In this document: positions 7,185 through 15,282 of the stretch, in pieces
How positions within the stretch are numbered: the first letter of the stretch is position 1
How the letters are laid out: each line of letters opens with the position of its first letter
From: a virus
Taxonomy: Duplodnaviria > Caudoviricetes
Virus record (IMG/VR): IMGVR_UViG_3300025608_000003
Location: 1 to 28,964 of that record
Direction: 5' to 3' (one strand)
DNA: 28,964 nt
Translations under genes and position numbers: made by a program
The notes under the pieces: generated by a model
The model's database searches: none
Told to the model about the DNA's origin: nothing
The model's input: only the letters and a program-made list of their open reading frames with translations

Positions 7185-7463
7185 ATGGAATACAAGTTCA
7201 CGCCGATAGACTTCCCGGACTACGCGGATCTCAACTATAAACAGTTGCGCCCGTTACTGATGTATCCGGGGAAACCGCCTGTCGGTTTGGTCGCTGAAGT
7301 GTTGCGGGGGACTCTGCCGAGAAAGAAACGGCGGTTATTCGATCTGCAAAACCTTGACGAGATCCACACCCTAATAGATAATTATGTTGAGTTCAATATA
7401 ACTAAAGAGGAGTTGCTGGATGACATTCGCATTACCGACGATAACTGGGGTGACACCGATTAG
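7185..7463 (+). CDS. Hypothetical protein, probably leaderless
   Basis: TACACT-N6-ATG upstream; no SD. Confidence 0.65.
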   Translation: MEYKFTPIDFPDYADLNYKQLRPLLMYPGKPPVGLVAEVLRGTLPRKKRRLFDLQNLDEIHTLIDNYVEFNITKEELLDDIRITDDNWGDTD

Positions 7464-7857
7464 GTGCACCAGGTTTACCGTGATGGGTGAGCCGAGATCG
7501 AAGCAACGCCCGAGGGTTACCCAGCGTGGCACTTTCACCCCGAAAGAAACTATCGAGGCGGAAAAGCGTGTCCGTGATGCTTGGCGGATGGCTGGGGAGC
7601 AGAAGTACGAGCACCAGGTCATTGTAGATCTGCGGTTCTATAACGGCAACAAGCGTAGGCGTGATATTGACAACATGGCTAAGCTGGTTTTGGATGCTTT
7701 GAACAAGGAGGCGTTCGATGACGATTACCAGGTTGTCGGCGTGAATATGTACAAGTTTTTCACGGATGCGGATAAGGCCCGCACGGAAGTGGTTATTCAA
7801 GAGGTGGTGGATTGGCCGGATGAACGCAAAGCAGTTCCAGCGTTATTTAGCCCGTGA
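7450..7857 (+). CDS. rusA: RusA family Holliday junction resolvase
   Basis: GEPRSKQRPR, RRDIDNMAKLVLDALN and DDDYQV motifs. Start uncertain. Confidence 0.9.
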   Translation: MTPIRCTRFTVMGEPRSKQRPRVTQRGTFTPKETIEAEKRVRDAWRMAGEQKYEHQVIVDLRFYNGNKRRRDIDNMAKLVLDALNKEAFDDDYQVVGVNMYKFFTDADKARTEVVIQEVVDWPDERKAVPALFSP

Positions 7858-8167
7858 CGGGGGTTGTGTTCATTGTGGCGAAATTGAGGCCGTAGCGCCC
7901 CATCACAGGGCCAACCGTGGCATGGGGGGATCCAAGGCGCGTGACGTACCTTCTAATGTGATTGTGATGTGTTCCGCCATGAACACGGCTATGGAGTCAG
8001 ATCCTAAGACTGCTGAGATGGCCCGCCGTTACGGTTGGAAGCTAAGATCTTATGAGGATCCGGCAGAAGTGCGAGTTTATTACCAAACGCTATCGTCCTG
8101 GATTCGATTGGATGACCAATATAATTTGATCTTGATTGACGAAGGGGATCAAGTCAAGTTTTTTTAG
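7820..8167 (+). CDS. HNH endonuclease-like protein
   Basis: RDGGCVHCG..HHRANRGMGG..N..C..N motif. Confidence 0.8.
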   Translation: MNAKQFQRYLARDGGCVHCGEIEAVAPHHRANRGMGGSKARDVPSNVIVMCSAMNTAMESDPKTAEMARRYGWKLRSYEDPAEVRVYYQTLSSWIRLDDQYNLILIDEGDQVKFF

Positions 8168-8197
8168 GCTAGGATCATTGAAAAAAGAGGGGGCTCT

Positions 8198-8935
8198 ATG
8201 CCGATTATCAGGCGCAAACTGAAATACGAATATCGCTTTACCCAGATACCTAACGATTGGTTGCGGGATAAGCGGTTGTCTTTGAGATCGAAGGGGCTAC
8301 TCGCCCAGCTACTTTCTCATTCTGAGGGATGGAATGTGAGCATCGGGTCTTTGGCTAAGGCTAACGACTGCGGTAGGGATGCTATTCGGGGATCTGTGAA
8401 GGAGCTTGAGTCGCACGGTTACTTGAGGCGCGAGCAGGCTCGGGCCACGGGCGGGGAGTTCGCTGAGGTGATCTGGGTCACTTCTGAACCGTCATCGGAT
8501 TCACCGTCATCGGATTTACCGGCATCGGTGAAACCGTCACTTAAGAATACTAATGAAAAGAATACTATTAGTAAGAAATATGCGCGTTCTGATCTTGATA
8601 ATGCTTTCGAGCAGTTCTGGTCTGCCTACCCCCGGAAGGTGGGTAAGGCTCAAGCGCGTAAGGCTTTCGAGAAGTTAGCTGGCGGGGATCCTCAACAAAT
8701 ATTGGATGGGGTTGCCCGGTTATCCGCTGACCCCAACTTGCCGGATACCCAGTTCATTCCTTACCCGGCTACTTGGTTGAACCGTGAGGGTTGGGGTGAC
8801 GAACCGTATCCTAAGCGCGAGGTGAAACCTGCCGAGCGGAAAGCCGAGCTGCCGGATAAGCGGGCCTGGGTGAAGGCGGAACATGACCGTGGCGAGCATT
8901 ATGAGTGCCGTCCGGGCGAGTTCGGTTGTAAGTGA
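8198..8935 (+). CDS. Replication initiator (N-terminal HTH; lambda O-like organisation)
   Basis: FTQIPNDWLRD.RLS..SKGLL HTH; FEQFWSAYPRKVGK and YPATWLN motifs; internal iterons. Confidence 0.85.
   Translation: MPIIRRKLKYEYRFTQIPNDWLRDKRLSLRSKGLLAQLLSHSEGWNVSIGSLAKANDCGRDAIRGSVKELESHGYLRREQARATGGEFAEVIWVTSEPSSDSPSSDLPASVKPSLKNTNEKNTISKKYARSDLDNAFEQFWSAYPRKVGKAQARKAFEKLAGGDPQQILDGVARLSADPNLPDTQFIPYPATWLNREGWGDEPYPKREVKPAERKAELPDKRAWVKAEHDRGEHYECRPGEFGCK
8488..8580. repeat. Iteron array plus AT-rich tract: putative replication origin
   Basis: 15-bp period: ACCGTCATCGGATTC, ACCGTCATCGGATTT, ACCGGCATCGGTGAA, ACCGTCAC; then AAGAATACTA at 8543 and 8558 and AAGAAATA at 8573. Confidence 0.8.
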
Positions 8936-8953
8936 AACTAGAAAGGGAAACCA

Positions 8954-9247
8954 ATGTGTAAGAAATGTGAAACAGCAATCCAAGATCTTGAGTGGTGGGA
9001 GCCGTTCGTGCCCCTATCTCACGAAACACCTAAACAGTATTTGAGTAGGGCTAGGCACTTTGACGATTACGGTATGAACTTCGTCATGATGCGGTTGGAT
9101 AATCCTGCCGATCTTGTGACCGTTGGCGAGTCGTTCCATATCCTGGCGGTAAAACACCAATACGAGCCGGGCCAGTACGCGGTGCAGGTTCTACGGGATC
9201 TTGTTTTCCTTGCCTACACTCAAGAGTTCGAGGATGCGACATGGTGA
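8954..9247 (+). CDS. Hypothetical protein
   Basis: GAAAGGGAAACC RBS. Confidence 0.7.
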   Translation: MCKKCETAIQDLEWWEPFVPLSHETPKQYLSRARHFDDYGMNFVMMRLDNPADLVTVGESFHILAVKHQYEPGQYAVQVLRDLVFLAYTQEFEDATW

Positions 9248-9603
9248 ACTACGCGAAGGAATACGGTATAGATCTGAAGAAGTTGCATGAGGAGGATCCC
9301 TCGCACCCGAAGCAGATGAAATTACGGCGCGAGATAGAAGCTAAGTCTGCGAATATTTGGGAGCACATCGAGAGGGTAAATGAGCTTTCCCGTATCGGGA
9401 TCGAGCACGCCCGCAAACAATACGAGGATGCGATCAACAACCCGCCCGCCCCGGTTGCCCGTAAACCGTTGCCTAAGACTGCTAACCAAAAGCGGAAACC
9501 GCCTAAGCCGAAGGCTATAAAGGTAGGCAACTACCAGTTCACGGAGCGCCAGTTCGAGTTAGCCATGGAAGCGCTTGAGAAAAAAGAAAGCGGGAGTAAG
9601 TGA
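9241..9603 (+). CDS. Hypothetical basic protein
   Basis: GAGG RBS; overlaps the previous stop; Lys/Pro-rich linker. Confidence 0.65.
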   Translation: MVNYAKEYGIDLKKLHEEDPSHPKQMKLRREIEAKSANIWEHIERVNELSRIGIEHARKQYEDAINNPPAPVARKPLPKTANQKRKPPKPKAIKVGNYQFTERQFELAMEALEKKESGSK

Positions 9604-9628
9604 CAAAAGGTTATTTCGATGCTAGTGT
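9600..9628 (+). promoter_or_regulatory. Putative sigma-A promoter
   Basis: GTGACA-N17-TAGTGT with an extended TG. Confidence 0.5.
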
Positions 9629-9667
9629 TTTTTGTGAAGAAAGGGGAAAGATGGAAGGTTAGGGCAT

Positions 9668-9928
9668 ATGCCGGTAGTTACCTGCGAGCGTTGCGGTTAC
9701 GAATGGTCAATAAATAGTGTTCGCAAAGACACCATTCTCTGCTCCTCTTGCCGGGCCACCAAAGTCCTGACAGTCCACACGACACATGGAAAATGTATCC
9801 CTTGGCATGGGCACTTCGCTGACGATCTGGTCACACCAGTTGATCACCAAGGCGAGATTGTCATGCCCGGTCAGCGAACCTGCGGGCACTCTGACTGCGT
9901 GAACCCCCGACACCACATCAAAGAATAG
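9668..9928 (+). CDS. Zinc-binding protein (CxxC pairs, His-Cys-box-like end)
   Basis: CERC, CSSC and CGHSDCVNPRHH motifs. Confidence 0.75.
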   Translation: MPVVTCERCGYEWSINSVRKDTILCSSCRATKVLTVHTTHGKCIPWHGHFADDLVTPVDHQGEIVMPGQRTCGHSDCVNPRHHIKE

Positions 9929-9940
9929 AAAGGTAAACCA

Positions 9941-10288
9941 ATGGCAAGAATCATTATCGAAAACGCGGAGATCACCCGTGTCATGGATGGCTACGGCTTC
10001 CAGGCGGAAACTAACTACACCCTCAAAACGGGTGACGTCAAAACAGAAAAGTACACAGTTTGGACTAAAGAGCAATTTCAGGTTGGTCAGGTCGTCAATG
10101 TTGAGGGTTTGCACTCAGTAAAGATGGAGGAGTTCACTAACCAGCAGGGCGAGGAGATCAAGTACGCCCGCGCCCACGTGAACAACCCAAACATTACGGT
10201 GTCGCAGACTGAGCCCGGCAAGGTGAAAGAAGCTGCGATTATGGAACAGTGGCCCACGGCGGTCATGGGTCAGGAAGCACCCTTCTAA
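9941..10288 (+). CDS. ssb: Single-stranded DNA-binding protein
   Basis: Beta-rich OB-like core with C-terminal EAPF tail; AGAAAGGTAAACC RBS. Confidence 0.7.
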   Translation: MARIIIENAEITRVMDGYGFQAETNYTLKTGDVKTEKYTVWTKEQFQVGQVVNVEGLHSVKMEEFTNQQGEEIKYARAHVNNPNITVSQTEPGKVKEAAIMEQWPTAVMGQEAPF

Positions 10289-10512
10289 TGTTGCTTGAGG
10301 GGATGAAGCCAAAACCAGCCGGTTCTAAGCGTTGCAAGATTGCTTTGATCTTCGATGAGCTGGATACGGGGGATCGGGAGCTGTTAGCTAAGTTCTTAGC
10401 CGATGAGGAGAACTGGTCCAGTAACGGTTTGTCGGATGCGCTTAGGGAGCGTGGCGTGTTCGTGAGTGTTCACACGATCCTGAAACACCGTAAAGGTAAA
10501 TGCGCATGTTAG
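10288..10512 (+). CDS. Small HTH/Zn protein preceding the phosphoesterase
   Basis: TAATG coupling; ends in HRKGKCAC. Confidence 0.7.
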   Translation: MLLEGMKPKPAGSKRCKIALIFDELDTGDRELLAKFLADEENWSSNGLSDALRERGVFVSVHTILKHRKGKCAC

Positions 10513-11666
10513 AAAACTTGAGCCCGGCGGAGAAGGTTACCGCACCAACTAAGGTTCGGCCCGCCATCGAGTTCGACGGCAACGAAGGTGTTGCGACCAC
10601 ACCGGGTTACGACTCGGAGCCTGAAAACTTTGACGAGTTCTTACTGGATGCGGGGTTAGATCCTGACGGTATCGAGGTGATACCACCGGTAAGGACTAGC
10701 CGTTGGCAACAGCAGAAGGATGGGGAACTGGTTTGGCTTACGTCTTACCGGTTCAACTTCCGCCGTAAAGCAACCGATATCAACCTGCCGTTGCTTATGG
10801 CTGAGGCCAGCAAGAAGGTAACGAAACCTAAACTGCAGAAAGCTAACCCGAGGGCGCTCGTTGTTCTTTGGTCGGATCTTCAAGTCGGCAAGGTGGATTA
10901 CCGGGGTGGCACAGAACAGTTACTCGAACGGGTTGCCCTTATGCAAGCCAGACTGGTTGAGCAGGTCAAGCGGGAGAAACCGGAACAGGTTATCTTTGCC
11001 GATCTCGGGGATACTGTCGAGAACTTCTACAACGCGAACGCCCCACAGCAAAGCTACTCAAATGACTTGAGCATTATGGAGCAGGTGGATGTGGCCACCA
11101 CGCTTGCCTGGCAGACTATCCGTGCGCTAGCGGATCTCGTACCAAAGGTTACCTACGCAAGTGTTGGTAGTAACCATTGCCAGTTTCGGATGAACGGGAA
11201 AACGATTGGCAAACCAACCGATGATTGGGGTGTGTTTATCGGTAGGCAGTTAGCCCGGTTGGCTTTAGAAATCGGCCTCACTAATATCTCATTCCGGGAA
11301 CCGCAACCCAACGACGAATCCCTAGCGTTAGATGTATTCGGTGACGGCTTTCACATATTAGGGATTGCTCACGGGCATCAAGTGAACAGGCCAGAAGGTA
11401 TGGGCGACTGGTGGCGCAAGCAGTCATTCGGTAATCAACCGGTAACAGATGCCTCAATCCTGGTACATGGTCACTTCCATCACCTACGGGTAACAGAATT
11501 AGGATCAACACCACGCGGAACATCGAGGTTCCTAGTGATGGCACCAACAATGGATAACGGTTCCGGCTGGTTCAGAACCAAGTCTGGCGAGGATAGTATC
11601 CCCGGCCTAGCCACCCTCATCCTAGAAAAGGATGTTGATTACACGGGCACGGTGTTCAAGCACTAA
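10500..11666 (+). CDS. Calcineurin-like metallophosphoesterase (Mre11/SbcD-like)
   Basis: SDLQ, LGD, SNH, HGH and GHFHH motifs. Confidence 0.88.
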   Translation: MRMLENLSPAEKVTAPTKVRPAIEFDGNEGVATTPGYDSEPENFDEFLLDAGLDPDGIEVIPPVRTSRWQQQKDGELVWLTSYRFNFRRKATDINLPLLMAEASKKVTKPKLQKANPRALVVLWSDLQVGKVDYRGGTEQLLERVALMQARLVEQVKREKPEQVIFADLGDTVENFYNANAPQQSYSNDLSIMEQVDVATTLAWQTIRALADLVPKVTYASVGSNHCQFRMNGKTIGKPTDDWGVFIGRQLARLALEIGLTNISFREPQPNDESLALDVFGDGFHILGIAHGHQVNRPEGMGDWWRKQSFGNQPVTDASILVHGHFHHLRVTELGSTPRGTSRFLVMAPTMDNGSGWFRTKSGEDSIPGLATLILEKDVDYTGTVFKH

Positions 11667-11851
11667 TGCCTATGTATCTTTACGGTTGCCGTGAGTGCGG
11701 TAGCGAACAAGACATTCTTCACTCGATGGTAGAAGAACCCGTAGTTGAATGTGAGGAGTGCGGTGACCGGATGAGCCGGAAACCCCAAAGAACCACAACA
11801 ACCTTCCGGGGCGAGGGGTTCTACACAAACGATAAGAACAGGAAAAAATAA
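11666..11851 (+). CDS. FmdB-family zinc ribbon protein
   Basis: MPMYLYGCREC..CEEC..FRGEGFYTND motif. Confidence 0.85.
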   Translation: MPMYLYGCRECGSEQDILHSMVEEPVVECEECGDRMSRKPQRTTTTFRGEGFYTNDKNRKK

Positions 11852-11854
11852 GGG

Positions 11855-12181
11855 ATGCCCCTTCGGCCATGCCTTGACTGCGGGGTACTAGCCCAGGGAT
11901 CCCGTTGCCCAACCCACCAGGCAGAGCGGAACAGAATCCGCAACCGCCACGAATCACCAGAACGCAAACAAAAAAAAGCCAAGCTCTATAACACCGCCTA
12001 CCAAAAATATGCGAGGGCGGTTAGGGCGGGGGCACTCCTATGCCACCTATGTGGGGGCGGGGCTAGGGCAGGCGATCCGTGGGAAGCAGATCATGTTGAG
12101 CCAGGCAATCCAAACTCGGTTCTACTACCCGCCCATCGGTCATGTAACCAACGCAGGGGCAACAAACCACTCAACCGGTAA
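11855..12181 (+). CDS. HNH endonuclease (packaging-associated, HK97 gp74-like position)
   Basis: CHLC..EADH..AHRSCNQRRG motif. Confidence 0.85.
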   Translation: MPLRPCLDCGVLAQGSRCPTHQAERNRIRNRHESPERKQKKAKLYNTAYQKYARAVRAGALLCHLCGGGARAGDPWEADHVEPGNPNSVLLPAHRSCNQRRGNKPLNR

Positions 12182-12383
12182 CACCACGCCCGTATAGCAA
12201 ACACCCCCCTACCCCCCCCCGGAGGCAACTAGGGGCGGGTCACATCCTCGGCAACACAACGATCTAAACCCCTCAGCCTATGGGCGCGCGCACTCCCGCG
12301 TAATTCCAGTTTTTGGGCTAGGGTGGGCTCTGATAGGCTACAGGAGCCCCGCTGGGGGCCGAAACACACCGAAGGGATAGATT
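12182..12383. other. Non-coding gap, candidate cos/packaging-start region plus late promoter
   Basis: Follows the HNH gene in an HK97-type phage; C-runs at about 12205-12220; TGATAGGCT extended -10 at 12331-12339. Confidence 0.45.
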
Positions 12384-13079
12384 GTGCCATCGAATATCGC
12401 TAAAGACTTAGCTGGGCTGTCAGCGCCGTTGAAGTCGTTGAAGCAAGCCGAGAAAAATCCACGCAAGGGTGACGTGGATGCCATCAAAAAATCGTATGAA
12501 CGGTTCGGTCAGCGCAAGCCGATTGTCGCCCACAAGAAAACCAAAGTGATCATTGCCGGTAACCACCAGTATCAAGCTGCCTTGGATATGGGTTGGGATG
12601 AGATCGCTGTTGTCTGGGTTGATGACAACGAGGAAACCGCCACAGCTTATTCGATTGCCGACAACCGTATCGGGCAGTTGGGCGAGTGGGATGTTCAAGA
12701 ATTGGTGTCAGCTTTTGAGGAGCTTGACCCTTCCGATCTTGAGGCCGTTGGTTTCACAGAGATTGACGTTGAGGATTACCGGGCGTTGTTGGATGAGCAG
12801 GTTGGTTCCGCGCCCGCAACAGTTATGGATGGCGGTAAGGGCAACCGCACTAACGATAAGGACGGCAACCCTGACACGAAGGTTGAGAAGGATAGTTCTT
12901 ACGATGAGTTCTTGGAGCGTTACGCATCGAGGGCTGTTCGTGCCATCATGCTTTACTACCCGAACGATGTTTACACAGAGATGACTAAGAATCTGGCGAG
13001 GCTGAGTGAGATAATGGGTGCAGAAGATACTGCGACTGTTGTCCAGAAACTGGTTGAGGAGAGATTGCTAGATGAATAG
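12384..13079 (+). CDS. ParB/Srx N-terminal domain protein
   Basis: NPRKGD..IKKS..RFGQRKPIV..IIAGNHQYQAA..IADNR motif; no methylase motifs in the C-terminus. Confidence 0.9.
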   Translation: MPSNIAKDLAGLSAPLKSLKQAEKNPRKGDVDAIKKSYERFGQRKPIVAHKKTKVIIAGNHQYQAALDMGWDEIAVVWVDDNEETATAYSIADNRIGQLGEWDVQELVSAFEELDPSDLEAVGFTEIDVEDYRALLDEQVGSAPATVMDGGKGNRTNDKDGNPDTKVEKDSSYDEFLERYASRAVRAIMLYYPNDVYTEMTKNLARLSEIMGAEDTATVVQKLVEERLLDE

Positions 13080-13959
13080 TTTGCCCGAGTTCCTGATTGA
13101 CCGTGTTGTTACCAAGCCGGAAGCCGATGACATTGTTGGCGAAACGGTTGAGTTCCGCGAGCCCAATGTGAACGAGGCGGGGATCTACCGTGACCGGGCA
13201 ACGGGCGAGGCTATCTTGGTTTACGCGCCTATGCCGGGCGGGGTAACGGATCTTCGGCAAACAGTTCTCAACCTGTCTTACGGCACAACCTTGCGGGCTT
13301 CCGGTACACGCAACGTGAGTAAGACTTTTGGTTTCACCACGCGTTCTGCGGTGCTACGGCGTGAGGCTTGCACCCCAACAGCTTTGACTTGGGAGAGCCC
13401 GGAGTCACAGATTGTTTTGAATGACACAGCAGATGCGTTGGGTAACTATCTGCGCGAGGTTCTGCCAGAAGTGTATGAGCACGATCACCAAACCGTTGAG
13501 GCGGTTCTGCCGGAGTGGCGCATGACGGAAGATGCTTTGTGGACTTCCGGTGTGATCAACCAAAGCTCCGCCTTGCCCTACCACCGTGACGGATCCAACT
13601 TCGACACCTGGTCGGCTATGCCTGTTGTTAGGCGCGGTATGGATGGTGGGCACCTGCACATGCCAGAGTACGGGATCACGATCAACTGCCGGGACGGTTG
13701 GGCGCTTTGGTTCAACGGTTACGCCTATGTTCACGGTGTCACCCCGATGAAGTCGCGGGCCAAGGATGGCTACCGTTACTCAATCGTGTTCTACGCTAAG
13801 CGCGGGATGAAAGATTGCCACACTTACGCGGTTGAGATTGGTGAGGCCCGTGCTCGCCGTACAGCGCGTGAGGCTTCGATGGCGGAAACCACCGAGGAAG
13901 ATATTAGAGCCCGGATCAAAGTGGGTCGCTCTAACGGCAACACAAGAATTGTGAAGTAA
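13072..13959 (+). CDS. TET/JBP-family 2OG-Fe(II) dioxygenase
   Basis: WTSGVIN..YHRD (HxD), GGHLHMPEY, HGVTP (distal His) and RYSIVFY (2OG-binding Arg). Confidence 0.88.
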   Translation: MNSLPEFLIDRVVTKPEADDIVGETVEFREPNVNEAGIYRDRATGEAILVYAPMPGGVTDLRQTVLNLSYGTTLRASGTRNVSKTFGFTTRSAVLRREACTPTALTWESPESQIVLNDTADALGNYLREVLPEVYEHDHQTVEAVLPEWRMTEDALWTSGVINQSSALPYHRDGSNFDTWSAMPVVRRGMDGGHLHMPEYGITINCRDGWALWFNGYAYVHGVTPMKSRAKDGYRYSIVFYAKRGMKDCHTYAVEIGEARARRTAREASMAETTEEDIRARIKVGRSNGNTRIVK

Positions 13960-13980
13960 TCCCAAAAGTAAGGGGGCGCG

Positions 13981-14769
13981 ATGGAATACCAGATTGTTAT
14001 ACCGAGCTACAAGAGGCCGGAAGTTTGCCGTAAAGCAACTATCGAAACGCTTATTCGCTACGGCATTGACCTGAGCCTGGTGACGGTTTGGGTTGCCGAT
14101 GAAGCTGAGCTTGCCGAGTATCGGGAACACCTGCCAGCTGAAGTGAAAATCCAGGTGGCCGTCAAAGGCAAAGTGAACGCACAACGCCATTACCACGGGC
14201 AATACCCAGCCGGGACAAGGCTAGTGAACTTTGACGATGACCTTTACGATGTCCACGAAAAGATTGGCGACAAGCTCACCCCGCTTTCCGTGAACCTAGA
14301 TGCTGTGATACGCACAGGTTTCACCGTGGCCGAAAAAGTGGGGGCAAAACTGTGGGGCATCAACGCTGTCGCAAACGGCTTTTTCCTGAGCGATTCGATC
14401 ACGGTTGGGCTCAGATATATTTGCGGAAACTTCTACGGCAACTACGCCGGTGACGAAGCCATAACAGGGCAGCGCATATTGGATGGTTCCAGCGGTGACG
14501 ATTACGAAACAACCATCCGCAGTTTCGCCCTGAACGGATCCGTGGTTCGCCTAGATTACTTGTGCCCAATCACAAAATACTTTGCCGAGGGCGGTATAGA
14601 CGCGGAACTCAAAGCTAACGGTATTGAGGATCGGCAAACCGACCACAAAGACAAGTTGGAGCAACTAGCCGGAGCCTACCCCGACTTGGCAAAAACATAT
14701 ATCAAGGGCAAGGGGATAACCAACCTGCGCCTGAAAACCATTACGCACGCGAAAATACCCCGGCCCTAG
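13981..14769 (+). CDS. TET-associated glycosyltransferase (TAGT/GREB1/JGT-like, GT-A fold)
   Basis: IVIPSYKR, FDDD (DxD), LWGIN, DDYE..IR and YFAEGG motifs; directly after the TET/JBP gene. Confidence 0.85.
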   Translation: MEYQIVIPSYKRPEVCRKATIETLIRYGIDLSLVTVWVADEAELAEYREHLPAEVKIQVAVKGKVNAQRHYHGQYPAGTRLVNFDDDLYDVHEKIGDKLTPLSVNLDAVIRTGFTVAEKVGAKLWGINAVANGFFLSDSITVGLRYICGNFYGNYAGDEAITGQRILDGSSGDDYETTIRSFALNGSVVRLDYLCPITKYFAEGGIDAELKANGIEDRQTDHKDKLEQLAGAYPDLAKTYIKGKGITNLRLKTITHAKIPRP

Positions 14770-14835
14770 TCGCGGAAAATCATACGCACGATAGGTTCCT
14801 GTAGCAAATTCAGTAAATGAGTGTAATGTAGAAGG

Positions 14836-15282
14836 ATGCCAGCAGGTAGACCTTCTAAACCAGTCGAGCAGAAACGCCTACTGGGCAACCCAGGCAAGCG
14901 ACCCTTGCCCGACCAGAACGAAGTCGAGATACTGCCCGCTGCCGAAACCCCGCCAGAACCCACACGCCCACTACTGAAACCGGGCCGGGAACTATGGGAT
15001 CGAATATGGGCTTCCGGCATCAACTGGATCAGCCCCGACACCGACCTAGAACTATTACTAATGACTTGCGAAATGGTGGATGAGCGTTGGAACCTACGCA
15101 TCAAAGTAATGCAGTCAGACGACATGCGGATGGCCCGTAGGCTAGATAACCTCACCCGGCTCATCGTAGGCAACCTATCGTTGCTGGGCTTCTCCCCATC
15201 GGATCGCTCACGGCTAGGGGTCGCTGAAGTGAAAAAACAATCCAAGCTTGAAGAACTGATGGCCCGGAGAAATGCACACTGA
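14836..15282 (+). CDS. terS: Terminase small subunit (P27-like)
   Basis: GRPSKP.E.KRL.GNPGKRPL and LGFSPSDRSRL motifs; precedes terL. Confidence 0.9.
   Translation: MPAGRPSKPVEQKRLLGNPGKRPLPDQNEVEILPAAETPPEPTRPLLKPGRELWDRIWASGINWISPDTDLELLLMTCEMVDERWNLRIKVMQSDDMRMARRLDNLTRLIVGNLSLLGFSPSDRSRLGVAEVKKQSKLEELMARRNAH

Noticed and set aside
7024-7240. ORFs 7024-7209 and 7049-7240
   Set aside because: They have no convincing RBS and overlap 7185-7463. The gap is better explained as a promoter region.
12384-13079. ParB as a plasmid-prophage partition system or ParB-methylase fusion
   Set aside because: There is no ParA and no methyltransferase motif. The context is the TET/GT/terminase cluster.
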